From positions 1,888,001-1,952,000 of the forward strand of contig CBDCXV010000010.1 in NCBI GenBank assembly GCA_965223905.1: a DNA stretch of 64,000 nt. The letters run 5' to 3'. Origin of the DNA: Candidatus Latescibacterota bacterium (GTDB taxonomy: Bacteria; Latescibacterota; UBA2968; UBA8231). The position numbers were made by a program, and so were the translations under genes. Each line of letters opens with the position of its first letter. Within the stretch, counting starts at the first letter, position 1. The notes beneath the pieces were generated by a model, which worked only from the letters and a program-made list of their open reading frames with translations, made no database searches and was not told the DNA's origin. This document shows, one piece after another, positions 1-9,927 of the stretch.

Positions 1-1452
1 CACACGCAGGTAGGTCCGTCTCCAGACATCGAACCAGGGATTGAAACACCCGAAGCTGAGGCCGAAACGGCGCGCATGCCGGACCCAGCGGGCCGCTTGG
101 TACATGAGATCGAGAAGGACGCTGCGGAGACGACGACGGCCGGCCTTTTTACGAAAAGCCACGTGCTTTTCGGGGGGCAGATTGCCGGACTCGCGCAGAC
201 CGATTTGGCCGCACAGGCGCAGAGCGTTGTAGGCCATCATGGCCAGCAGCAGCAGGAGCGCGTTGGTGGCGAACTTGCCCGACGGCAGGCGTTCCAGATC
301 CAGGTCCGTTTTCAACTCGGAGTGGAATTGCTCGCAGGTGCTGTGCTCGCGGTAGAGCCGGATCACGTGCGCCGGCGGCGCCATCAGGTTGGTCCACCAG
401 GTCTGCACCTCGATTTCGGGGATCAGCAGCGCCTGACCGTCGACGCTGATCGTGCGCCGCACGACCTCGTAAACGACGCGTTCGAAGGTGTCCTTGCGCT
501 CGCACACCAGCGAGCCGGTGAAGATCTCCTTGCCGGGCCGCGGACAGGTGCGCTCGCCCAGGGCTTCGGCGTCCTCCAGCCAGGTCTGTTTCGATTCGCT
601 GCGCAGGTTGCGTTTGACGATGAAGTCGGTCTTGGGAGTGCGGCGCAACTGCTGTACGGTGGCGATGTCGTCATGGGCGCTGTCCATGCGCACCAGCAGC
701 TTTTCCTTGGTGATGCGGCGCGCCAGCCGCAGCGTCTCTCGAATAAAGTCCGGGGCTCCTTCCTGGGAGTGCTGACTGCCTTCGCGCAGCTGGCAGTTGA
801 GCAGATACCCTTCCTCGCCCAGGTAGGCGAAGATCGGGGCAAAGCCGTCGACCTTCTTGTAGGTCCACGACACCCCTTGTTTTTTGGTGTGGGAGTTGTC
901 GAACACCGACACGTCGATATCCAGCGCGATCCAGGGACCGTAGCGCCCGTCGGCGACTTCGTAACAGGGGGTGAGCGGCGGCGCGTGACGGGCCACCATG
1001 TCGGCCGACTCCTCTCGAATGGCGGTCTCCCCCTGTGCGCCCAAGCCATCGAGCCGCTGCCGCAGCGTGGCCGCCGACGGCACCGCATCCAGGCCCAGGG
1101 CCTGGGCGAAGAAGGGATCGGTGCGAAACGCTTCCACCGCCTCGAAATCCGGCTTGCCCAGCGCCAGCAAGCCGATCATCGACGTCATCACGTCGCCGTG
1201 AGAAACCTCGGGGCAGGGTCGCTCCGGCAAGAGGATTTCATCCACCCGCGCGGCCAAGCGCGTGCGTCCCATCAAGGCCCCGATCAAGGCCAAGCCCGAA
1301 TGCGAGGTCAGCGCTTCTTCGCCCTGCGTAACTTCATACGAAACCAGTCGCAATTCTTCACCTCCAAGGTGAGTGGATATCCTCCTCTAAGATAGCCCAC
1401 ATTCCCCTCGGAAAACCACCGAAAATCAAGCTCTGGACTTCACGGATTCAGG
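1..1452 (-). mobile_element. IS1380-family insertion sequence; transposase CDS from 1353 running off the left window edge
   Basis: Minus frame from TTG 1353 (GGAGG RBS) reads MRLVSYEVTQGEEALTSHSGLALIG...LDIDVSVFDNSHTKKQGVSWTYKKVDGFAP...EQFHSELKTDLDLERLPSGKFATN and stays open to base 1. Terminus TCACGGATTCAGG ends at 1452, inside repeat A. Confidence 0.9.
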
Positions 1453-1712
1453 CTGCAAGACCAAGAGGCATTATCGGACGACTGCACCTGCCGAGACCGC
1501 AGCTGAGAGCAGGAGATCCTCGGTCGAACCGTACGCCGAACACCACACTCGCGACGAGCAGGGCCTTGAAACGAAATCAGCAACAGACCGGCCGATTACG
1601 CAATACGCCGATTACGCAATACAGTGTAACCAATCCTACCCACTGTCGTTTTCAAGCCCGACCTGCCACATACCTCCGTCAGGAAAAAAGGGCCCTTGTA
1701 CGTCCTATACGT
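1453..1712 (+). mobile_element. Non-autonomous IS91/ISCR-like element A, copy 1 (left part cut by IS1380)
   Basis: Near-identical to the corresponding part of 5405-5735 and 7540-7891; ends GAAAAAAGGGCCCTTGTACGTCCTATACGT. Confidence 0.8.
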
Positions 1713-1765
1713 TGGTTGCAGGTCATCGGTGATCCGTCTTCGCCAAGGCTTCGCCGGACAGGTCA

Positions 1766-2185
1766 GTGATCTGGTCAGACGGCACCACCCACCTCCTGCT
1801 CTCACCCGTGGAATTGCTCGAGAAACTGGCCGCCCTCGTACCGCCGCCGCGACTCAACCTGATACGGTACCACGGCGTTCTGGCCCCCAGCGCTCGCGAC
1901 CGCGCCAGTATCGTGCCCGGCCGCGAAAATGACCCTGCATCCGAGTCCGAATCGGCCCACGGGCCCTGTTCGCATCGTCTGTCCTGGTGCCAATTGCTGA
2001 CGCGCGTGTTTTCGATTGACGTTACCGAGTGCCCCGACTGCGGAGGGCACATGAAAATAGTGGCTGCTCTTACCGATCCCGCCTCGATTCGGTCATACCT
2101 CGAGGGGGTGGGCCTGCCTGCAAGGCCTCCGCCCATTGCTCCAGCAAGGCGCGATCAGCAGTCTGAGTTCGAATACGCCGCCTGA
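1766..2185 (+). pseudogene. IS91-family (Y2) transposase, C-terminal fragment
   Basis: WSDGTTHLLLSPVELLEKLAALVPPPRLNLIRYHGVLAP...CPDCGGHMKIVAALTDP...PARPPPIAPAR; N-terminal Zn/HUH region absent. Confidence 0.88.
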
Positions 2186-2396
2186 TAGGAGCGCGCTTGG
2201 ATTGATGCGCCCCAAATGATCATCCAGGTCGCAAAAACGGGAAAAACCGATCTCAGCCCTGGATTCCTCGCCCCCGGCACGCAGCCGATTGTCCCAACCC
2301 CGCATTCCGCCGTTTAAAAAAGATCCCGGAGCCCCTCGACACCACGCCACGCAACGATCTAAACTCACCATAACGCCACTTATCCATCCTATACTC
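2184..2396 (+). mobile_element. IS91-type oriIS end, family B copy 1
   Basis: Directly downstream of the tnp stop; ends CATAACGCCACTTATCCATCCTATACTC; 213 bp matching 4350-4562. Confidence 0.8.
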
Positions 2397-2717
2397 CGGG
2401 CGAAACGACCGCAGAGCAACGGTATCTGCGAGCGATTTCACAAGACCATGCAGGACGAATTCTACTCCATTGCGTTTCGCAAGAAGCTGTACTACACTCT
2501 GGACCAACTGCAGGACGATCTGGATGCGTGGCTCGAGGATTACAACACCGTCCGCACCCATTCCGGAAGGTACTGCTACGGCAAGACGCCGATGCAGACC
2601 ATGCAAGATGCGAAGCATTTGAGCCAGGAAAAGATCCTGGACAACCAGGCAGAGGACACCTTACAACCCGCTGCCGCCTGATGAGCCGATCTGTCAGATC
2701 AAGTTCTGGCTATCACA
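2397..2717 (+). mobile_element. IS481-family remnant (transposase C-terminus, stop 2681, plus right end)
   Basis: PQSNGICERFHKTMQDEFYSIAFRKKLY...YNTVRTHSGRYCYGKTPMQT; end TGTCAGATCAAGTTCTGGCTATCACA; 5' side cut exactly at ori B1. Confidence 0.85.
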
Positions 2718-4354
2718 CGGAAGACGACCGCGCCCCCACGCGCTCCGCTCTCAGGCTGCCCTTCCTCCTGACCCTGTTTCTGATCCTCCTGTCGTTCGAT
2801 GCGGACGTCTACGCGAACATCCGCCTGCGCTGGAGCTTCTGGGGGGTCGCTCTGGCGCTGCTCGCATGGCAGCTGATTCTGTGGTACCGCGCCGCTGCCG
2901 CTGGTCGCTCCATGGAAATCCAGCTCCGCATCACCCGGGCGCATTGGGTCCAGGCCATCGTGCAGCTGTGTATTTACCTGTACTGGGGATGGCATTGGCG
3001 CAACACCTACGATCAGGCGACGCTGATCCTTGCCCAACTGGTGTTCGCTTACGTATTCGATATTCTGCTCGTCTGGTCCAAAAGGAATCACTACTTCCTG
3101 GGTTTCGGGCAGTTTCCCATCGTCTTGAGTACGAACCTGTTCCTGTGGTTCAAGGACGACTGGTTTGTCTGGCAGTTCGCGATGATCGCGGTCGGGCAGA
3201 TGGGCAAGGAGCTCATCAGCTGGAACAAGGAGGGCCGGCGCACCCACATCTTCAACCCCTCCGGCTTTTCACTCACGGTCTTCTCCATCGCCCTGCTGGC
3301 GACGGGCAACACCGGCCTGACCTGGGGTGAAGAGATCGCCAGGACTTTGGTGAGGCCGGAGTTCATCTACGTCGAGATCTTCCTGCTGGGCCTGGTCGTT
3401 CAGTATTTCTTTTCCGTCACCCTGGTCACCCTGTCTGCCGTAGCCGCCCTTTACGTGCTGAACTCCATCTACAGCGGAGTGACCGGCGGCTACTGGTTCA
3501 TAGGTACCAACGTCCCCGTCGCCATCTTCCTCGGTCTTCATCTGCTGGTGACGGATCCTTCGACGTCACCGCGGTCCGGGTGGGGCCGAGTGATGTTCGG
3601 GGCCCTGTACGGAGCCGCCGTCTTGGCCCTGTACGGTCTGCTGGAGTCGCTGCAGATGCCGTCGCATTACGACAAGCTCCTTTGCGTGCCCTTTCTCAAT
3701 CTGTCGATTCAGCTACTCGATCGATGGGGCGGATCGTTCGAGAGGGGGTTTCGACGGTTCACCCGGTTAGACGGCTTTCGCAGCATTCTGCGGACCAATA
3801 TCGCCCACATGAGCATCTGGGTAGCGTTTTTTGCGTTCGTCCATTTGACGGGATTCATCGGCAAGCAGCACGAGGGGAAGAGCACTTCATTCTGGCGTCA
3901 AGCGTGCAAGGATGGAACGCGCAATGGTTGCCGCAATCTGATGACCACGCTCGCGGGTTGGTGCCATCAGGGCAAGGGCGGGGCTTGCAACGAGGTGGCC
4001 GTGAAGTTCGATGAAGGGAAAATCATCGCGAGGTCACCATCAGGTGCGGTAAGGTATTTTCAGAAGGCCTGCGAGCTCGGCCTCCACGTGGGCTGCACGA
4101 ATGCCGTCATCGCCTATCTGTTTCGCCCTGAAGACCAGCTACAAAAAAGGGACGTAGCCGATGCATACAAGAAGATCGAAGAGCTGTGCGACGGGGAAGA
4201 AGACGGGTTGAGTTGCCTTCTCATCGGCTACTCCCACGCGAGTGGGCGCGGCGCCCGGCAAGATGTCACTCGTGCCGTCGAGTACTACGAGCGCGCCTGT
4301 CATCTGGGAACCACCGCTGGCTGCAAGGAGCTGGCCAAGATACTCAATCGATAG
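2718..4354 (+). pseudogene. RnfD/NqrB-like (UnbU-like) membrane protein with C-terminal Cys-rich Sel1-like repeats; start lost to IS481
   Basis: Multiple hydrophobic helices, HIFNPS and TDPSTSP motifs, AVRYFQKACELG/AVEYYERACHLG repeats; the stop TAG lies inside repeat B2. Confidence 0.65.
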
Positions 4355-4562
4355 GAGCGCGCTTGGATTGATGCGCCCCAAATGATCATCCAGGTCGCAA
4401 AAACGGGAAAAACCGATCTCAGCCCTGGATTCCTCGCCCCCGGCACGCAGCCGATTGTCCCAACCCCGCATTCCGCCGTTTAAAAAAGATCCCGGAGCCC
4501 CTCGACACCACGCCACGCAACGATCTAAACTCACCATAACGCCACTTATCCATCCTATACTC
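4350..4562 (+). mobile_element. IS91-type oriIS end, family B copy 2 (no transposase)
   Basis: Direct 213-bp copy of 2184-2396. Confidence 0.85.
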
Positions 4563-5404
4563 TTCAAGCGGAAAGGCACCCCTGACGCTGGAGTCGAGTG
4601 CTACGCTGTCTTGCCGGACAAATCGGAGTGGGGGTGGCAAGCTAAGTTTTTTGATTCCCTCGGCGCATCGCAGTGGTCTCAAATTGATGACTCCGTCAAC
4701 ACCGCCCTGAAAAAGCACCCAAACCTTGTCCGGTACTTCGTATGTGTTCCATACGATCGGCCCGACGCTCGAGTTCAGGGGAAACAGTCCGCGATGGAGC
4801 GGTGGGACGAGCATGTTTCTGAGTGGACGAGATGGGCCAACGAGGGAACGACGGAGGTGGAATTTGTCTATTGGGGTAGCCACGAATTGCTCGATTTGCT
4901 GGTGCAACCGAGGCATGCTGGACGAGTCCGTTTCTGGTTTGAAACGAGCAGCTTCAACGATGCTTGGTTTGATGCCCGAATGGAAGAGGCCAGGAAGACC
5001 GTGGGACCACGTTACACGCCAGAAATACACGTCGACTTGCCTATCGCCGAGGATTTCGACGCGTTCGGCCGGACGGGGCAGTTGTTTGACAGCGTCAAGA
5101 AGCAAGCACGGACGATCCGTAGCGGGCTTCGGACTTTCGGATACCGCGACAACTCTACGTCCGGCGAGACAGCAGATGAAGCTACGGCGTCTCTGATCGC
5201 AAAAGTAAACGTGATTCTCGAAGAGTTGGCTTGCCTCGAGTACCAGCCTGTTGGTCCTCTCCCATTTTCAAGAATCGCAGAGCAAGTCGCCGACGCGGAG
5301 GATGCAGCAGAGGCAGTCGAACAACTGGTGTTTGATCAAGAAACGGCGCATGATGAAGAGGAAACCCCAGCGGGTGACACGTCAGGTAAGTGTCCAACAT
5401 CATC
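4563..5404 (+). pseudogene. Internal N-terminal fragment of a nuclease-STAND ATPase (AVAST/Avs2-like) gene
   Basis: GTPDAGVECY...EWGWQAKFF (PD-(D/E)xK-like) ...EFVYWGSHELLDLL...RFWF...GPRYTPEIHVDLPI; bounded by ori B2 and element A2; no start, no P-loop. Confidence 0.55.
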
Positions 5405-5735
5405 GCTGAGAATCTGCACAGGTGCATACGTCCTTGGCCGCACGCAGGGCACACGCTTGGATCCACGCCCGTCACCTGCAAGACCAAGAGGCATTATCGG
5501 ACGACTGCACCTGCCGAGACCGCAGCTGAGAGCAGGAGATCCTCGGTCGAACCGTACGCCGAACACCACACTCGCGACGAGCAGGGCCTTGAAACGAAAT
5601 CAGCAACAGACCGGCCGATTACGCAATACGCCGATTACGCAATACAGTGTAACCAATCCTACACACTGTCGTTTTCAAGCCCGACCTGCCACATACCTCC
5701 GTCAGGAAAAAAGGGCCCTTGTACGTCCTATACGT
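5405..5735 (+). mobile_element. Element A copy 2
   Basis: Repeat of copies 1 and 3; ends TCCTATACGT; minus strand carries degenerate IS91 tnp tail VTGVDPSVCPACGQGRMH. Confidence 0.85.
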
Positions 5736-5748
5736 TTAGGAGTTTATA

Positions 5749-6360
5749 TTGGAAGATATTCGTATCTACTTTGTCGGTGATTCGTTCATCAATGGCACCG
5801 GTGATCCCCAATATCTCGGCTGGCCAGGTCGCGTCTGCGCAGCATCGAGATCGGCGCAGGTGGGGATTACCTGCTATAACCTCGGCATCCGCGCGGACAC
5901 GAGTGCCGATATTTTGCGCCGCTGGGAGCGCGAGGTGGAAGCCCGGCTTCTGCGTCCCCACGATGCCCGCATCGTGTTCGGCTTTGGTGCCAACGACTGT
6001 TGGATCGAAGAGGGACGCACCCGCGTGACCCGTACGGATTCTGAGACAAATACCTATGACATCCTATCGCGTGCCAGCGCACGTTACCCCACTTTGATGA
6101 TCGGTCCGCCACCGGCACTCGATCCGGATGAAGACGCGCGTCGGCAAGATATGTCATCCCTATTGCAAGATATTGCGACGCGTGCCGGCGTGGCCTATCT
6201 GGAAGTCATTCATGCACTCCGCGAAGGCAGGATTTGGCAAGAGGAACAGGCTTTGGGTGATACCATCCATCCCGCAGCGGGCGGCTATGCGGCCTTGGCG
6301 CAACTGGTGCTCGAATGGCCGCAATGGTGGTTCCATTCGAGTGGTGACAGCACGGCTTAA
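5749..6360 (+). CDS. SGNH/GDSL-family lipase/esterase
   Basis: FVGDSF, NLGIRAD, GANDC, DTIHP blocks; AGGAG RBS, TTG start. Confidence 0.9.
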   Translation: MEDIRIYFVGDSFINGTGDPQYLGWPGRVCAASRSAQVGITCYNLGIRADTSADILRRWEREVEARLLRPHDARIVFGFGANDCWIEEGRTRVTRTDSETNTYDILSRASARYPTLMIGPPPALDPDEDARRQDMSSLLQDIATRAGVAYLEVIHALREGRIWQEEQALGDTIHPAAGGYAALAQLVLEWPQWWFHSSGDSTA

Positions 6361-6380
6361 GCAGATAAGGAGCAGGAGAG

Positions 6381-7133
6381 ATGGACCGTGAAGTATTCCG
6401 TTTTGCCTTTATCACGGATACGCAGATCGGCATGAATAGCCCATTCGGGTTACATGGGCCCGGATCCGATAAGGCGCGCTTGGATGCCGCCATCGCCTAC
6501 ATAAACGCGCAGGCGATCGACTTCGTCATCTTGGGTGGCGATCAGATCCATCAAATCGACGGTCCGGATACCGATGCGCAACTCGACATCCTGGAGACAT
6601 CGTTATCGGCGCTTACGATGCCCTACTATGGGGTTACGGGCAATCATGATCAGGGTGACCCGAGCAAAAGCTGGAAGTATATAGCGCGCGGCTTACCGGT
6701 TCGTTTTTCGTTTGTCCATAAAAACAGCTTCCTGGTAGGTGTCAACGCGGCGTGGCTCAGGGGTGACTTTGGCGATGCCTATCAGCAAGAGGCGTGGCAA
6801 AATCTGGTGAGCGCACTCACCGATAGTCCGGCCACTTGCAAACACCGCTTTGTCGTGATGCACTGGCCGCTTTTCACCGCTTACCCAGAGGAACCGGATG
6901 ATGGTTTTAATATGCCCAATAGGAGCCAGCTGATCGATCTATTGGCGCAACACAGCGTCTCCTGCGTGCTTGCCGGCCATTGGCATCAGGATATCGAGGC
7001 CCGTTGGCGTGGCGTCAGTCTGATCACCAGTGCCGGAACCTCGCGGGCGGTTCAATATCCGGAACAGCGCGCCTTCAAGGTGATCACCGTTTTTGATGAT
7101 GGTTGGTCGGTTCGGCGCGTATCCGTTGAGTAG
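6381..7133 (+). CDS. Calcineurin-like metallophosphoesterase
   Basis: DTQ, GGDQI, GNHD, MHWP, AGHWH motifs. Confidence 0.9.
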   Translation: MDREVFRFAFITDTQIGMNSPFGLHGPGSDKARLDAAIAYINAQAIDFVILGGDQIHQIDGPDTDAQLDILETSLSALTMPYYGVTGNHDQGDPSKSWKYIARGLPVRFSFVHKNSFLVGVNAAWLRGDFGDAYQQEAWQNLVSALTDSPATCKHRFVVMHWPLFTAYPEEPDDGFNMPNRSQLIDLLAQHSVSCVLAGHWHQDIEARWRGVSLITSAGTSRAVQYPEQRAFKVITVFDDGWSVRRVSVE

Positions 7134-7197
7134 TCTGAGAAGCGGTTTCGGACCACAACATAGGTTTTGAAACCACTTCTAATCATCTGAGGTCATT

Positions 7198-7495
7198 ATG
7201 GAACGGCATACCATTCACTATGAGGTGATGAACAGCCAGCAGCAGGCTGAAAGTGGCCGACATTGGGCCATCGATGTGCAGGCGACACCCAAGGAGCTAC
7301 AGACGTTCGCCGAAACGGGTTACCTGATTCGCGAAGGGTTGTTTGCCGGGGCGCTGCTGCAACAGCTGCGTGATGCGCTAGATCGACTGGAGGCGCGCGA
7401 ATCAGAAAAGCGCGATAGCGCCGTGCAAGGCGAGCGATCCTGGGGTTTTATCCCGCGCCATCTGATGGATAAGGACGAAGTATTTCTGGGGCTTC
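7198..7495 (+). pseudogene. Phytanoyl-CoA dioxygenase (PhyH)-family gene, 3'-truncated by element A3
   Basis: ELQTFAETGYLIREGLF...LRDALDRL...RHLMDKDEVFL, then breaks into the repeat. Confidence 0.65.
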
Positions 7496-7891
7496 GAAAC
7501 CCCAGCGGGTGACACGTCAGGTAAGTGTCCAACATCATCGCTGAGAATCTGCACAGGTGCATACGTCCTTGGCCGCACGCAGGGCACACGCTTGGATCCA
7601 CGCCCGTCACCTGCAAGACCAAGAGGCATTATCGGACGACTGCACCTGCCGAGACCGCAGCTGAGAGCAGGAGATCCTCGGTCGAACCGTACGCCGAACA
7701 CCACACTCGCGACGAGCAGGGCCTTGAAACGAAATCAGCAACAGACCGGCCGATTACGCAATACGCCGATTACGCAATACAGTGTAACCAATCCTACCCA
7801 CTGTCGTTTTCAAGCCCGACCTGCCACATACCTCCGTCAGGAAAAAAGGGCCCTTGTACGTCCTAAAAGGGCCCTTGTACGTCCTATACGT
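7496..7891 (+). mobile_element. Element A copy 3 with 44-bp left extension and 21-bp terminal tandem duplication
   Basis: 7496-7539 = 5361-5404; AAAAGGGCCCTTGTACGTCCT twice at 7844-7885; ends TCCTATACGT. Confidence 0.85.
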
Positions 7892-8128
7892 CGACCCGCT
7901 CAAGGGCGACCAGATCGCAAAGCTCGTCACCTGGAAGAGTGATGGGCAGGGTCCGTTTCCCGGAAGGCCAGTGCGGGTGCGGTTTGAGGTCAAAGACGCG
8001 GAGGTGTATTCGTTTCGGTTCAAGAATTGAGCGACGTATTACTACGCTATGCCGAAGACAGCCATTGACACGGCCTGCCGACCGCATAGAATGCACATCG
8101 AACGGCACGCCGTCTCGGTAACGGCGGC
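7892..8128 (+). repeat. 237-bp near-identical copy of 47861-48097 (3' end of propeller GH gene plus intergenic)
   Basis: CGACCCGCTCAAGGGCGACC...GTAACGGCGGC at both sites; starts immediately after ori A3. Confidence 0.92.
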
Positions 8129-8159
8129 CCTACGGGAACCCCGGGAGAAGGAGAGGACC

Positions 8160-9719
8160 ATGGCACACGCAACTCAGGTATGGCCTGTCGGGACACGCAA
8201 ACAGCTTCTGTTTGACCGTCGCTTCGTCGAGTCTTCCGAGGGCCTGCAGTTCACGGTCAATCTCCCCCTTCAGCGTACACCAGTCAATCTGCCGTCCCTC
8301 CGCGGTCTGCAGCACGCCGGCGGTTTGACGGTACTCGACGTCGACGGACGTCTGTGGCTGTACTACCTCATGATGCCGATCGAGATGATGCCGAACGAGG
8401 CGTCTGATCAGCTAAATTGCATGTGCTGCCTGGCGTACTCGGGCGACGGCATCGACTGGGAACTGGCGCAGGTGGACCGGTTCGAGGTGGCGGGATTGGC
8501 TCAGAACAACGTGGTCATGCCCGGTGCGGTCGGCACGCCGTTCCTCGATCCCCGGGAGACATGCGGCTGCCGATTCTGGTTCGCGGGATCGCTGGGCGAG
8601 CGCACCGAGCCGCCCATCTGGGACGAAGCCCGGGAAACGTACTACGGCTATTTCGACGACGGCCGGAAAGTCCACGTCCACGGCGCGGTGTACCTGCTCC
8701 ATTCGGAGGATGGCATATCGTGGCGCCGACTGCGCAGCGGCGTCGTGGTTCCCTTCCGCTGCGACACGCAGAACCAGGTCCTCTACGATGCCGGCGCCGG
8801 CGCCTACGTTGCATATCTGCGCGGCGCGGCGGCCGCGGGTACGTGGGGCCCGGGCTGGGGGAGAAGGCGGACGGTCGCCCGCCTGACTTCGCCCGAGCTC
8901 ACGCAGTTGCCGTTCGACTTCCATGAGGACACGACGCTTCCCAGGAGCCCGGTCGGGCTTTACGACCGGCTGCCGCCGCAGTGCGCGCCGGTGGTCATGG
9001 CGGGTGACGAGCGTGATCCGCCGGCCACGGACGTCTACACGCCCTGCGTCAACCCGTACGTATGGGCGGACGACGCCATCTTTGCCTTCCCATCCATGTT
9101 CCGCCAATACGGCGAGCAGGACAGCCATGGGCGGGACCATCGAGGGCAGAACCCGAAAGACGGCCCAGTGGAGGTGCAGCTCGCCGTGAGCCGCGACGGC
9201 GTCACATTCGAACGGTTCCGCACGCCCTACGTTGGTCTTGGTCTGATAGACGAGTCGCACCTCGGAGGATCAGTCTACATGGGGGTGGGCCTGATCCGGC
9301 GAGGCAACTTCGTCTACCAGTACTACACCGAGGCAGCGACCACCCACGGAACCCCTGACACGGACGTGCGCATCTGGCAGGCCAAACAGCGTCTGGACGG
9401 TTTCGTCTCGGTAGATGCAGGGCCGGAGGACGGTTGGTTTGTGACGCCGCCGATCGAGTTCGCTGGGAGCCGTCTGCAGCTGAACATCGACTGCGGCGCG
9501 ACGGGCGAAGCGTGGGTCGAACTCCAGGACGAAACCGGGAAGCCGTTGCCCGGGTACACGTTCCAGGACGCCGTGTCGGTCGACCGGAACGGTGTCGCAC
9601 AGGAGGTCTGGTGGCGGGGCGGCCCGGACGTCGGCTCACTGAGTGGCCGGCCTGTCCGGATGCGCGTCACGATGCGCTCAGCGAAGCTCTACGCGTTCCA
9701 GTTTGTGGAGGCCGGCTGA
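8160..9719 (+). CDS. Uncharacterised beta-propeller + beta-sandwich glycoside-hydrolase-like protein (GH32/43/130-like fold), paralogue 1
   Basis: RKQLLFD start, SxDGIxW repeats, CDTQNQVLYD, RLDGFVS, AKLYAFQF end; GGAGAGG RBS before ATG 8160. Confidence 0.7.
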   Translation: MAHATQVWPVGTRKQLLFDRRFVESSEGLQFTVNLPLQRTPVNLPSLRGLQHAGGLTVLDVDGRLWLYYLMMPIEMMPNEASDQLNCMCCLAYSGDGIDWELAQVDRFEVAGLAQNNVVMPGAVGTPFLDPRETCGCRFWFAGSLGERTEPPIWDEARETYYGYFDDGRKVHVHGAVYLLHSEDGISWRRLRSGVVVPFRCDTQNQVLYDAGAGAYVAYLRGAAAAGTWGPGWGRRRTVARLTSPELTQLPFDFHEDTTLPRSPVGLYDRLPPQCAPVVMAGDERDPPATDVYTPCVNPYVWADDAIFAFPSMFRQYGEQDSHGRDHRGQNPKDGPVEVQLAVSRDGVTFERFRTPYVGLGLIDESHLGGSVYMGVGLIRRGNFVYQYYTEAATTHGTPDTDVRIWQAKQRLDGFVSVDAGPEDGWFVTPPIEFAGSRLQLNIDCGATGEAWVELQDETGKPLPGYTFQDAVSVDRNGVAQEVWWRGGPDVGSLSGRPVRMRVTMRSAKLYAFQFVEAG

Positions 9720-9927
9720 AGGGGGCGCGCCGAGCGGCGATCGAGGGCGCACCCGCTATCTTCGATCCATCAGGCGACCACGCCGGACGACCCTGAACAT
9801 CGGTGTCAAACCCATCGGCACTCGGGTGGCGGGTCAGATTCGTTGCGTCCTCCTTGTGGAATCATAGGCGATGTAATGAAGCGATTTCTGCCTATCGGAG
9901 GATTTGCGTCGCGTCAGTTTGGCAAAA

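Noticed and set aside
76-1395. 439-aa plus-strand ORF
   Set aside because: Antisense shadow of the IS1380 transposase; many other long overlapping ORFs in the track are likewise GC-rich shadows.
1734-1762. REP-like sequence CCGTCTTCGCCAAGGCTTCGCCGGACAGG
   Set aside because: Resembles a dispersed repeat from memory, but it is single-copy here with a weak stem; not supportable.
4455-5780. 441-aa ORF as a real gene (also the ORF starts at 2289 and 2528)
   Set aside because: Read-through across repeat B, a gene fragment and repeat A; not one evolutionary unit.
1453-7891. CRISPR array or integron attC array
   Set aside because: Repeats are 200-400 bp with kb-scale spacing; there are no cas or intI genes and no attC-like structure; passengers are truncated genes.
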